A stretch of DNA of 64,000 nucleotides from Paraspadella gotoi (Eukaryota > Animalia > Chaetognatha). The translations under genes were made by a program, and so were the position numbers. Location: NCBI GenBank assembly GCA_051294375.1, contig CM119268.1, forward strand, positions 17,947,562 to 18,011,561, read 5' to 3'. The notes beneath the pieces are model-generated. The model was not told where the DNA came from. It saw only the letters and a list, made by a program, of their open reading frames with translations, and made no database searches. Shown piece by piece: positions 26,953 through 40,400 of this stretch. Each line of letters starts with the position of its first letter. Position 1 is the stretch's first letter.

Positions 26953-27167
26953 GCTCCTTAAGTGAAAATCAAGTCAAGTTTTCTTTTCGGAAAGAGAGGC
27001 GGAGAGCGGAGGGAGGAAAAGAAGGAGGAGGAGGAAAAGAATGAGGAGGAGAGGTGGAGGTAGGAGNNNNNNNNNNNNNNNNNNNNNNNNNGAAAATGAT
27101 TCTTTTCTCATCGTCGTCTCTTCATATACCAAGTTCGTCCGCCTTCCAAAAAAGTCAGAAAAGTCAA

Positions 27168-27255
<88 letters not shown>

Positions 27256-27440
27256 CCTTTTCCCAGAAACAGTGTTTAATTTAATTCAAATATGTTTAGT
27301 TTTATATCTTTATCCTTTGAACAGTAAAAAAAGACCTCAGGCGAAATCATTGATGTATATTAAATTTACTTCTCTACTCACCGGACGAGTGGTCAACAAT
27401 AATCGATCTGTAATATGCATTACGTTCATTCTCTCTCTCT
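26236..27440 (+). repeat. ~120-bp duplication (26236-26360 vs 27313-27440) either side of the 27067-27091 gap
   Basis: atcctttgaacagtaaaaaaagacctcaggcg...ctgtaatatgcatta appears twice. Confidence 0.9.
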
Positions 27441-27446
27441 CCTCTC

Positions 27447-27494
<48 letters not shown>

Positions 27495-28263
27495 TCTGAA
27501 AAAATCAGAAAGGATAAAAGGGAGTAAAGAGAAAAGTTTAGGGAAAATAGAAAGAAGAAAATAAGAGAGTGAGATTAACAAAGAATTTGAATAATGTTTA
27601 AGTAAATTGAATAATATTGAAAAAAAAATTAAAAGACTTAGAAAAAAGAACTAGAAAATACCAAAATACCAGAAAGTGAGATAGAAAGTTCCGGAAAATA
27701 AGAAAATATAAAATTAAAAAGAAAAAAAGTCAACGAGGAATAAAAAAAGAAAAAAAGGGCAGAAAGAGAGATAGAAAGAAGAGGGGGGGGAAAGGGCGGG
27801 AGTTTTGAATAGATCGCCTTTATGGTTATGGGCTGAGCCATGATGGAAGCGATATCGCCGTTGATAACTAAAGCGTCGCCGAGCGAAAAGTGGAAGTTGG
27901 GTTCCGAAAATGTGGGCGGGGGGATTCGCGTGGCTGAAGTGGGTTCGAGTGAAATGAATTCGGGAGTGAATAAGGTAAAGGGGTCAGAAAAAACACGATA
28001 GGATTGATGAGATTTGGATTGATAATTGAAAAGTGAGATATAAGTAGAGTTGAGATAGAATGGATTAACTATTTGGGAATAGAGTTGTTATGAGGTTGAA
28101 AGACGTGAATTCTCGTGTTTCGTGAAAGTTTGAAGAGGTAATATGTTACAGTATAAGTGCATATATTTGCACATAATACTTTTCTTTAAACAACAATTAG
28201 CTTAGAAATAAATGTATTTACTTTAAAAAGTATAGCTAGTGTCAAATAAGCCAAAAAAAATTA

Positions 28264-28325
28264 TATGAAATTGGTTACAACCAATATAAAAATTACCCAT
28301 TCATTTAATAAATAAGCTATCTTGC
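28264..28325 (-). mobile_element. Shortest copy of the dispersed element
   Basis: The reverse complement is gcaagatagcttatttattaaatgaatgggtaatttttatattggttgtaaccaatttcata. Confidence 0.75.
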
Positions 28326-28445
28326 GGGTGTGTTGAACGAAGGATTTTTTTAGTGTTCAAGCGGCAAAGCAAAGTATATACATAAATAAGCTTTGACTGG
28401 GGATAATGTTTTTATAAAAATACGGACATTATAGTAGAAATTGAA

Positions 28446-28508
<63 letters not shown>

Positions 28509-29208
28509 TATTTAATACTGAACTTGATGAAGATCTAATGACTGAATTTATTTGATAGAGAGCCGTTTGAAACATTTCCATTTGAATATAAGAACCAAAA
28601 TATAAAATATAATGACAAAATAAAAGATAAACCAACGTACAACGAAAAAAAAAAAAACATCAATCTCTTCGCCATCTCTCGTCAACAAATCTCTTCAACT
28701 CATCGACGCCGAAAAAAAGGGGATTAAAATGCGGGGCGGCGCTTCGTCGCAATGATAGGAGTGGAGTGGGGTTGTAGGGGAGGNNNNNNNNNNNNNNNNN
28801 NNNNNNNNAGTGAGAATATGCGGCACGGAATGGACGAGGTGAGGAGGAGAAAGTAAAGAAGAAAAAGGTAAGGAACTGTGTCTGTGTTTGGACGACGAAA
28901 GAAATAGAAGATATTTGGAGAAGGGCGAACAAGAAAGAAAAAGGATTTTATTGAAATAGAGAAACTAATGACATGAAAGCAAGCGAATGATTTCCAACAA
29001 AAAGCAAGAAAAGAATGGCATATCAGCTGGATATAGAGATAATTGACAAAAAAGAATAAGTAGACAGTAATTAGTAAATTAGAAATTGGTTATGAAAGTT
29101 TCTTTGGCCGAAAATTCCGAATGTGTGGCTTAACGAAAAAGCAAAGAGAAGGGAAGTCCGAAGAGAGAGAAGAGAAAGGTATACAGAAAAAGGAAAATTA
29201 ATAGGAGA

Positions 29209-29259
<51 letters not shown>
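29209..29259. repeat. (ACG)17 microsatellite
   Basis: Directly visible. Confidence 0.95.
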
Positions 29260-29263
<4 letters not shown>

Positions 29264-29774
29264 TCGATTTACAATCATCACGTCTCATCACTGGGCGGGT
29301 CTCGTCTCCTCCTTAGAGTTTACGGTCGCGTTTGTCGGATTTCGTCTCATTCGCTCGTTTCGTTTCGATTTCGATCGAACGTCGTTGCGGCTTAGAAATT
29401 GCTTGCCGGCGGTAATCAATTGCTTGGCGAAATAATCAATTTCGGTTGGAAGCTCGTAAACCTTTCCCCGCAGCTCGATTCTCTCGCGATAGGAGATTGT
29501 CGGATAGCAGGTTAATATAGAGATTTAGTTTTATTATGACATAATCGGTATTTAGGAAAATAAAATTATGACAGCCAACATGAAAAATGATTCAAAGAAA
29601 AATTATATTTACGGGTTGAGGCGTCCTTGCATCTGATAGTTTTAAATAAACATTCTTTCACACTTTATTATTACATTGATTAACTTTTCATTCACAAGGA
29701 CGTGTATGTAAAGCGAATATAACTGAAACTGTGTGGAGACTTACTCCAATTTTTCTTCGCCTCCCACAATCTTG

Positions 29775-29829
29775 GTCGCCGGGCAACGAAAACGAGGCTC
29801 GTATCCCGTGAAACGCGTCGCCTAGCAAC
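29775..29829. promoter_or_regulatory. Cluster of RFX X-box-like sites
   Basis: GTCGCCGGGCAAC (29775), GTATCCCGTGAAAC (29801, weaker) and GTCGCCTAGCAAC (29817). Confidence 0.55.
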
Positions 29830-30929
29830 GCCCGGGAGCCGTCGTCCCCGGAAGAAAAATCCGGATGAGAATGAAAATTTATGGTCGACGATTAAGACTT
29901 CGGTGCGAAACGGAAATAATGAAAAAAAAAACCAAAAAAAAACTTAATAATAATAAAACGTGAAAAAAATGAGAAAAGATTTGGCTCAAAGACGGAAGCG
30001 TTGGGAGCTGAGTGCGCGGTGGCATGCTTGTGAGTGCGTCACAGCTTCCTTGGTGTCTATGGCGGCTTATGTGTTTGTTTGTGATAACTTGTTGGCTAGA
30101 ATACTCAGAGCGTATTTTCCTTTGTAAATTGGGGTTCAAAAACAATATTTTTTAGTTCCATGCATATTTACTGCTTTATTCTGAGCTTTAAATCGAATGA
30201 GTTGCGTTAATTTAGAATAAAAACAATGAAGTGTCTGTAAAAGTCTGGGAGACAATAAATAAAAATGGGAGTAAAAGAGAATGATGATTAGTTATCGTTA
30301 TAATGAATGTCATAGTTTTAGTCTCGTCGGGAGAGAGAAAGTGGCTCGGTTGATTCATGCGTCGGAACAACCCATAGAGAAGAGTAGAGCAGAAACAGCA
30401 CGAGGAGAGGCAGATCGAACCCACGTGAGACGAGCGCTGCTTCCAGGTTAGAGGCAATCGGCTGATTCAGGTCTGGTAGATTGTTACTATCGCAGGATCT
30501 CTTTGATAGACACTAAATGAGCCCTGACGTGACATGATACTGAAGTTTAACATGATTGTGACATGATGTGACGATGGCTGAGTCACGAGAAGGCGGATCG
30601 AGGAAAAGACTTCATCTTCCAACTTTAAGGGGATCTTTAGAAAATTGGGGACAAGAATCCGGAAAAGGGCCTTTAAGGATCGAGATATTTGACACTCTTG
30701 GACATCGACTCCGTCTCTCCTCCGGCTTTTCTCTTTCTCCTCTCTCTCTCTCCTCTTTCTGCTCTCTCTCGCTCGTTCTCTCTGGCTCACAACAGGGGAG
30801 CTGTCCCTCTTCTCGTCACGAGGGTGTTCTGTTTTGTTGCTGCACCAATTTGCAAGGGGGAAAGCACCGATTTAATCCTGTTAAATTCGCCTTTAAATCG
30901 GACGTCTTTTAAGACGATCTTTACTTACC

Positions 30930-31260
30930 TTATTTTTGCTGTATTTAGAATCTTAAAAAAAAGGAATATTTTTATATTTTTTCATATTTTGTAATTTTAA
31001 ATCCTAAAAAAATATATTTTTATATTCTTTTATATTATTTGCGTATTAAATCTAAAAAGATTTATTTTATATCTTTTTTTTGATATGTTTATGTGTTCAA
31101 TCTAAAAAGATAGTTTTTTTATTTCTTATATTTTGGTATTCAATCTAAAAAAATATTTTTTTATATTGAGTTATTTTGCTATTCAATCTAGAAGATGTTT
31201 TTTCATTGGATTTTTATTCAATCTAAAATTTATTTTTTTATTTCTTTTTACTATTTCTTA
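30930..31260. repeat. Degenerate AT-rich ~45-bp minisatellite (aatctaaaaa..attttttt)
   Basis: About seven recurrences of (c/a)aatc(t)taaaaa. Confidence 0.7.
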
Positions 31261-34200
31261 TCGAGACTGGTGATATCAAATCATCAAAGAGAATCGGATG
31301 GAGAGAGACGAGAGAAGACGATGATGCGAGAGATTTGGTGGCTTAGGGTCTTCGTATACGGTGATCGGTGAGAGGTTGTAATTGGTTAGGGAAGGATACA
31401 AAGTTATAGAGATATTTGTTTCATTACTGGAAAGGAAACACGAAATTTTGAGCAAGAATACATCCTAGCGTGTTATAGAATATTTCTACATTATTCAACG
31501 GACGGAGAGGAGAGTCAGACATGTATCTCTCCGTAATCTCTCCAAGCAGAAAGCTGCCTGTTCATTTATCTTATCACTGTTTTCTTTAACGCGCGGTTCT
31601 TATCTCAGGGACAAGTTACGTGATTGAGGCGCGGTATAGTTTTTCCTTTCTTTTTCTCCACAAATCTTCTTTTTCTTTTTCAGGTCTTTTTTTCCTTTTT
31701 CTCCCTCTCTAATTCGGGGGCATCAATTTTTGGGATTATGGGGAGATCTCTTTATTCTATTCGATTTTTATGATCGCTACGGAAAGCAGATTGAGATGCA
31801 CGAAACGAGCGAAGAATATGGCCCGTGAATAAATGAAAAAACGCTAGCTCTTATAAAAAAATCAAGGCGGCGGACGGGCGACCGACTCCCGAGGAAAGAT
31901 CCGACCCGGTGCGAACGCGCAACGCGAGTGACGAATTCGTTGTCTCCGACACGAGCAACGACGACGACCGACCGACCCGAGATGATAATTGGATGGCATA
32001 GAGACTCACTCCGAGGCCCATAGTGTGTGTGTGCCCTAATTTTAGATATGGTAACATGGTAAAGAGGGATGAAGGAATATAAAATATAGATTCGACAATT
32101 CTTTGAAGAGGGCTGAGGAATGATTATACTTTTTGACCGGAAGTAGAAAAAAAAAAGTGAGACCGGCAGAGGCGGGAAAAGTTAGAAAAAGCACATGTGA
32201 GACTGATGAGTAAAAGAGATAGAAAGGAACGAATATTAAGAATTATGAAGTAAACGGGTCATTTGAAGAAAAACTGATGAGAAGGTTCCTGTTGCATTTA
32301 AAAGGGAGAGTTTTTTTTTGTTTAAAAATTACGTACTCTAAAAAAGAGTTTTGACAACATCCGATGTCTTTTTTCTTAAGATACAGAAATAGTTAAGATT
32401 ATGTTTGTTGAATTTCTCTATTTGACGGAAATAAATATGAGAGTATATTAATATATAAGGAAATAGTGAAGATATGACAATATATACATTATCGAGAAGG
32501 ATTTTTGTATGATCGGTGAGACGACAGATATTTATTTATGTTAACGTATACCGTATTTTACAGAGAAGATCAACTTCACCGAACGAGTCGACAGACAACC
32601 AACTTCTGGAAAATCCACAAACGGCGTTCCATGAAAAAGGAAACCGGACAGATGAAAAGGAGATCATTTTAGTTTGAGATAGAGAAAGAAATAAAAAAAA
32701 CAAGAAACAAAGAAATAATTAAAAGAAAGGATAGAATATCAACTGACAGAAATTTAAAATGGAAAAAGAAAGGGAAACACAAAGAAATTTCTCAACTCAA
32801 AGTACCGGAAAACAAGCAAACACTCTCGAATAAGACATGGCCGCAGAAAAGCGGGAAACAATGTTCTTGTGTTGCTCTCCTTGCTTAAAAGATTAGGCAG
32901 GTTAATGATAGGGTACAATAATCCCATATAAAATATTTGGAATAAATGGCAATAAGTCTGGCCAGATTGATAAAAAGGCCAGCCGAAAGCGTGAAAGAGA
33001 GAAAGAGAGAAGCAGAGAAATTTACCCCCAAACAAGGAGAACATTGTGAAGGCAACAGCTTACGTGAGCAGCATGAAGTAAGAGAATAACAGGGATGAGA
33101 AAAAAATGAAAACAAAACTCTATGAGCGAGAAAAAAACGGGAACAAAAAGAAAATAAAAACAGGAAAAAATCGAACAAGGAAACAGTTAAAAAGAGAGGG
33201 AAGAAAAACAGAAAGACGCTGTTGATCTTAGAGAAAAGGAGGAAATGCAAAAGAAAGGGGGAAAGATAACAATCTGAGAAAAGATGGCATTATTGAGGAG
33301 AGGAAACAAAATTAGAAAACACGATATTTATATGTTCCATTTTCATTTCTTGAAAACAAAAACTCTAAAAAAATAGAGACAGCCAAACAATGTACTAAAC
33401 ATCTATTATTATCAAGAGATAAGATATTAACAGAAGAATAATAATGCAGTTGCGAAAAAATGAGATGATAGCGAAGCTGAATGAGAAAAACGTAAAAATG
33501 AGGCTAAGAAATAAAAGTGGAAAAGAAAAGTGCAAAATTTAAAAGGAGGATAAGAAAAAAGCAAAGGAAGAAAAGAAAATGAGCGAAAAAAGGACGCGAA
33601 AGAAAACGAAAGAAAGAAAACAAGAAATTTATAAGAGAGCGATTTCATTGGCAAAAGAGAAAAATAGCAAAGAAGACCCAAGGAAGAAAATATAAGGTTG
33701 ACAACTAATCAACACTACAGTCATTAACCTGCCCTGGTTTTAAAACAAGGCTGTGAGTGAAATTGGATACTCGGATAAAGAAATAAGAAAGGGACAGTGA
33801 GATAGATAAATCTCTCATAAGACCTAAGGCAGCAATTATTTTGGCCATAACCAGAACATAAACAATCGTCTGCGTCATCTCGTGCTACGTGCTCAACTTC
33901 GCATTTTAAATCCGATCGTGACCGAAAGACAAAAGAGGAAGTGAATGCTCGTAATAAAAAACACTACAATGAGTTGCATCCACTCCTTCTCTCTCTCTCT
34001 CTCTCTCTCTATCGCGAACAGTAGAGCTCGTCTTCATAAGTTATATCGTGCTCATAATACGTAACAAATACAATTCACCGTCTCTGCTCTCTCTACTTGC
34101 GTCGATAGCTCGGGTCAAGTGCTCTCAATTCCTCTCTCGCTCGCTAGTTCTGCGCAGAAGACAAGGAGAGTTTACAACAGTTTAGATGCTCCGAGATGAA

Positions 34201-35090
34201 GGAAAGACCGAGAGAAGCGCAAAAAAATGTCCGAAAGAGAAGTGCCTAGGAATATGAAATCTGTCTGCTAGAACGAATAGGCAACAACGAACAATGAATG
34301 TACAAATTTTCGGATCTAAAGCTTAATTATGCGCGCCAACTCTCATCTTCTCTCCTCNNNNNNNNNNNNNNNNNNNNNNNNNGTAAAAAAATAAAGCATA
34401 AATGAGAGCGAAATGAATTTCTAACAGAGAGAGGAACTCGAAAGTATTTTAGTGATTAAGTAATTAAGGTTCAATCTTTGAAATATTATACTTTGACCGG
34501 AGTAGAAAAAGCCAGAGAAAAAATGACGAATAATTAATTATATTAACTCTTTTAAACTGAGAAGTTCTTTAAAGAGAGTTTTTTTAAATTACGTACCTTA
34601 AAAAAGTTGACAAATCGATGTCTTTTTTCTTAAATAAAAATAGTTAATTATTTTTGTTATTTTCTCTATTTGACGGAAATAAATATATATATATATATAA
34701 ATATATATAAATATATACATTTTTTTCCCTATTTTTACGTCATAAATGACGAAAATAAAAATAATTCTAAGAAAGTTACGATTACTCATAAATGGCCAAG
34801 GAAACAATGTTCTTGTTTTGGTTGGTAGTTTTAAAGGGAGGAAGAGAGAGAGAGAACGTGGATGGGAGAGCGAGAGATCAATTGAAAAGGAGAAAATGAA
34901 AACACGATTTTTCATTTCATTTCTTGGAAAAATCTAAAAAAATACGCAACTTACTAACATTTATTTCAAATAGTATTACGATAAATAATTGAGAACGACT
35001 TAAAAATGAATGAAAAAAGTGATCCTCTTAACTGTGCTCTACTCAATCTAGTATGTATCTCTCTCTCTCTCTCTCTCTCTCCTCTCTCTC

Positions 35091-35153
<63 letters not shown>

Positions 35154-37354
35154 TCTCTCCGGCGATCGGCAAAGAGGTCTCTCTCTCTCATCGCTCAGTA
35201 GTTTCTGAGAGGCAGAGAGATAACAAACTGATGTCTCCAAAGAAAAAAATGTCCGAAGAGAAATATCAGGAGGAAAAAATGTGTAGCAATAAAGAAAATA
35301 GGCGGACAACAGAGAGCAAGGAGAGAAGGATATAAAATGATGAGTTAAAGGCCGGAAAGGGGAAAGAAAGTGGTACAGGATCTGGTTGATGAGATAACTT
35401 ATTTTCGTTAGTGAGAATGGGAAAGACGCCAAAAAAGAGATAAATTAGAAGTGATGTTGAGGCGTCCACGTGTCTGAAGTGAGGAGGTAATTATTAGTCG
35501 AGTTTGTAAGGGTAATAGATAAGGATCGTGAAAGGGGTGAATTACTTGAGTAGTAGAAAAAAGTTAATTGGGTAATCAAAAGAGGAGCCAATCTATATTT
35601 ACCCAGAGAATGATCTTTACTAGGAGGTAATAAGGTACAAAAGGAAAGACATCTATTTTTCAATATTTTATTACCTTGGCATTAATAGTTTTAAAGGGGT
35701 GGTGCTAGTAAAAAATTTGGATTGAGGAGATTTGTACGTAAATGTTCTATAGATAATTCACCGTGTTATAGTAAGTATATTCATAAGTAGTCAATAAAGA
35801 GGTAATAGATGTAGTTATGAATAGACATGGTTTCGTTCACATTCCATAGAAAAAGTAATAACTCTAAGTATGTCAAGATTATTCTGAGAGCAATGCCATA
35901 AGTTCAAATAGACCACTTTAAGTATTTGGATCCTTAGGGACAAAAGCCGTGATCTGGTACAAATGGCTAAAGCTAAAAAAAATGTAATGCTCATGGGAAA
36001 TAAAGCGAACTAAAAGTTGATGAGACGAGAAAGGTGAGGTGCATGTTCATCAGAGATAGAAAAAGGTACGATATGAGTTGGGCAGCGTGAGAGGGCGAAG
36101 GCCAAGAGAAAAGCCAACAATGAAAGGTATGATTGTAATAAATAAAGACCTGACATCGAGGAAGAGAGAGAGAAGAGAGATGCACGATTCATGAGAACGA
36201 GAGGCCATAGAGATAGGCAAAGGAATAGGAGATGGAGATGAGAGTGAGAGATGAGAGAGAGAGAGTAGAGAGAAGGAGATTCATGGGAGTGAGCTATGTT
36301 CTTATTACTTCTACGCACATAGTTTGGCTGGTAATAATTAAGAGTTCGAGTATTATGGTTCTAATTAAAGAATCGCAGCGAGTTCTAGTGGGAGAGAAGA
36401 ATTTACCTCTGTATGGGCGGAACCATAAATATCTTTAAAACCAATTCTCTTAGATTTGTCGAGCTACCGCTTGTGGACACAGGCAAGAAAAAGGCCTTCT
36501 CCGAATGCTTAGGCTTTGCTATCGCGAAGCGAGAGACGACGATTGGTTGGATCAACACCGGGTCACATGGGGCAGAAACAGGACCTAAGAGTCGAAAAAT
36601 TGGGGAAAAGAGAGAGAGAGAGAGGAGAGAGAGAACGCGGAGAGATGGCGCGAGAGAGATGCACTGCACGAGACGGTAAGAGGCGAAGAGAGAGGAGAGA
36701 GAAAGAGAGAGAAAAGAGAGAGGAAGAGGAGATGATGAGATAGGTTGGTTTCCGAGAGGTGTCAGAATTCCGCCTAAATGAGAGGAAGATATATTTTAGA
36801 GAGTTAATATACGATGGGAGCGGTGAGATATACGTCGTGGCTGGGAAAGAGGTGGGGGGGTGCGGGGGGGGTGGCCCCGCAGGAGTAATATAGATAGATA
36901 AGGTTAGAGAGGTAATGCTAGATAAGGAAGATAGAAAAGATTTGTTTAAAATTTGGTCCGCTGAAAATTCATTGAAAAATAAAGACGAGAAAAAACGAAA
37001 TCCAATAATGCGCAAAGAGAAATAATCTTTGGAGGCGGACAGACAGACAGACAAGACAGCACAGAGCAGACAGACAAAGAGAGATACAGAGACGGGCGCA
37101 TAGATGAAAATGTCTAAAGCAAAACAGCGCTGACGAAGGCAAGAAAAAGACAAAAAGAAGGACAATAAAAATAGGCTTAAATAGAGACATAGATGGAGGG
37201 ACAAATAGCGATGTCCTTAGCGAGACAGAAAAGCAAAGCGACAAGAAACACGGAGCGGACGGACAAATAATAAGGAAAAAAAAGGACGCGAACGTAGGCA
37301 AACAGGACAGGTCGCCGCCATAATTCTCCTTACGGGCTTCTTGTCTTCGTCGGG

Positions 37355-37410
37355 GCTGATAAGTGTTGATAAGTAATTTATAAGTATTGATAAGTTATTG
37401 ATAAGTATTA
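37355..37410. repeat. 10-11-bp tandem (TTGATAAGT) carrying four TGATAA GATA sites
   Basis: TGATAA at 37357, 37367, 37388 and 37399; TTATAA variant at 37378. Confidence 0.8.
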
Positions 37411-40400
37411 ATGCAGCGGACCAGTCGCCCCCCGTAATTGCTCTGCACGCTTTCTTGATCTTCGTCGGGCTGAAGTTTTTTGCAAAGAATCTTTGTCGTC
37501 CGAAGCCGTCGAAAAATTCCGCGCAAATGCGGAAAGAGTGAGGGAGGCGTTGTCGAAATCGCACCGGAGTCGCGCTTTCACGATGGTGTGCGTGGCCCCG
37601 TAGGGGGGGTGGTAGGGGTAGGAGGAAGTGTGGGGTTGGTGGGAGGAGGGATGGATGGAAACGTTCAAGGAGGGCCGGCATTTAATGCTTCGATTGTCTA
37701 CGCCGAGAGGAACGGAGGGACTGACAAAGGGAACTGACGTATCGGACGGATCTATAGAGCGGAGCGGAGGGACGGACTGAACTGACTGACTAGTCTTTTC
37801 GTTTCGCATCCTTGCGAATTTGTAGCGGATTCGCGCCGAGCGAGAAAGTAACTTGACGCCTGTAAGGAATTAGGTGAGAGAAAATTTACGATCAGATGGT
37901 CGTGAGTTATGGGCATCGAAATAAATAGAGGCGAGTGTACCGACATCTAAGCGGGGCGTATCCGAATTCAAATCCGCTAAGCGCATTCCCGGTTCCGTCT
38001 TAAAAGTTGAGCGGGACTGGTTTATAACGTGTCAACGACAGGAGAGCGATTACTGAGATCCGGAGTCCGTTAAGCGTCAGTTGGTGATTATTCCGCCGCG
38101 TTTCCAGTGTAATGCAGGGCAGAGCACATATTCAGCAACGCAAGATAGAGCTCACCCTTACGCGCCAGACCTCTCATCTCCCGCCGGGCATTTCTCTACG
38201 GCCCGCTCTGCCAACGCCTCCCCCTCCCGCTCGTCGTCCCCTCCTGCTTGCATCTCGCCGAGTCACGGATAGAGTTCTTTGGAGATCGGACTCACTCTCT
38301 CAAGCTTCTGCCTCATGCGGTCTCGGGGTCTGAAAAAAGCGCTTCGCCTCATCCCTTGCTCCTCCGCTTTTATGTACCGCTTGTTCGCCTTTGTTATAGT
38401 TACTTTACCTATTAGCCAATATATTTCCTTACGCCTAAGCTTACGCGGTCTTTCCCTGATGAGTAGACTAGTATAGAACCTACTTTAGACATTATGCTCA
38501 TCCGAATCGCGCATCGTCAATTTTTTGCTATTGCTTGGAAATCGATGACTCGATGGCGAAGCTCGGCCATCGTCCACCGGCTAGAATTAATTACAAAAAT
38601 TAATTAATCTCGATTCGATTTGCTTTTGGTGGCTTGATACTGCCTGGGCGAGATAGGGCAAGCATACAAATAATTTAGTTTAACTTAGGTAAATAAAAGG
38701 GGTTCCATCAGGATGAAAAGTGGTTACGTGGGGCGCTATCATTCACGTTTGTCGGCAGGCTTACGTGGACGGAATAACGATGGGTTCAATTGTATGTGGA
38801 AGGCGGCAATGCATCAGTGTTGGCGGCGACTGGGCGCATAGCTCGCCACGGCAATAAAAGTGTAGGGCAGTGATTAAAGACAGACAGAGAGGCCGAGTAA
38901 CATTTCATGGCGGCGCAGGCCTGCGTTGATCGCTAGTGTAGCAAGAAAGCAAATAATTCAGCGTACGCATGCTCTGGGGCAGAACTTCTGGCGCTCTGGC
39001 CAATTCCTTGGCGTCTTTGGAAAAAAGGTAAACAACAATTTGGCTTTCATTTTTGCCAGGATGGTAACGACGAGATTTTGCAGATGACTTCCCTTTTGTT
39101 TTACCCCCCCGCGGGGCGCGCGCATATGAGGGACAGGCTGGGAGAGGGAGATAGAATGAGAGAGAGAGCGAGATAAGAGATAAGAAAGGAGAGAGAGAAG
39201 AGAGGGAGAAATGAGAAGGAGGGAAAGAGAAGAGAGGGAGTGGAGAGAAAGAGAACAGAGGAGATCTGGAGAGAGAGGTGAGAGAGGTGAGTGAGTGAGA
39301 AGAGACATGCAGAGAGGGAGAAAAGGAAGCGAAGATGAGGAAGAGAAAAGAGTGTAGAGTGAAGAATGAGTGAAGAGAGCGAGATGAGGGAGCAGACGCA
39401 AAATAAACAAAAAGCGCGAAGGGGCCAAATTAAATATGAAAACAGTTTTGAACAAAAAAAAAAACAAATGGTCGAATTGCATTACGTTTCCCCGGCGCCG
39501 CCGCCGGTGGCGCTCAGCAACGCAGTTGTCCCCGGCAGTAGGCGCGCTGTCGTTCCCCGATGCGCTTCGTTGTCCGATCAGGCGGCCTTTTGTCGGTCCG
39601 CGGCGGCCTTCGTTGTCTTCGGCTTCGGTGTCGTCTTTCGAGGCTTGGCAGGTGTGCGTCTTAGGCCGGCTTAGTTGTCGGTTTTCTTAGTTGTCGGTTT
39701 CTCTTTAGTTGTCGTTTGCGGCTTTGATGTCAGGTCCTGGTTTATGTGCGTTATGGCGCGGCGGCGGTGCGGCGGCTGTCCGGCGGGAGGAGGCGGGCGT
39801 CGGTGGGCGGCTGAGGCGGCCGGCGCCGGCGGGCCTCGGTGCGGCGGCCGGCTTGCGTAGGCGGCTTCTGCAGGTATGCGGAGGGTAAGTCTTTGATGTC
39901 AGGGGGGCAGCGAAAGTCGAGCTTAAGAAGTACGTTATGCACAAGTGATCGTTGATGATAACGATTGTGATAATGATATTTAACGATGACATTTTTCCCG
40001 TTTTAATTTGCCAAGAAGCATTCTCGTTTTAAAATTTTAGTTGCGTGCCGGCGGAGCAAAAATATGCGGTTTAAATTGCGGATGCTCTTTTGTTGATTGT
40101 TTGGCTGAACGCTTGAATCTGGGATCTGGTATGGCCGACCTTTCCTTTTGTTTTTAAAAGAATACGAAAATAAAAGATCGAATTCCCGATCCAACGATCA
40201 CCGGGAATAAGCCACGTAAAGGGAAGGCCACTGCTGAGGGCATAGCACATTAGCATAGAAGAGGACGGCGTTCTTGTTATATGCTTACTAGTAGTTTCTT
40301 TTTTTTTCCAAGGATTTTTGGAATATTTATATTATTTATTTTGTCAGTGCTGCCGGCATTAAATTTGCTATTTCGCGTATTGCACGGAAGAATCAGTGGG

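Noticed and set aside
27935-27955. B-box-like GGTTCGAGT (tRNA/SINE)
   Set aside because: No properly spaced A-box or cloverleaf.
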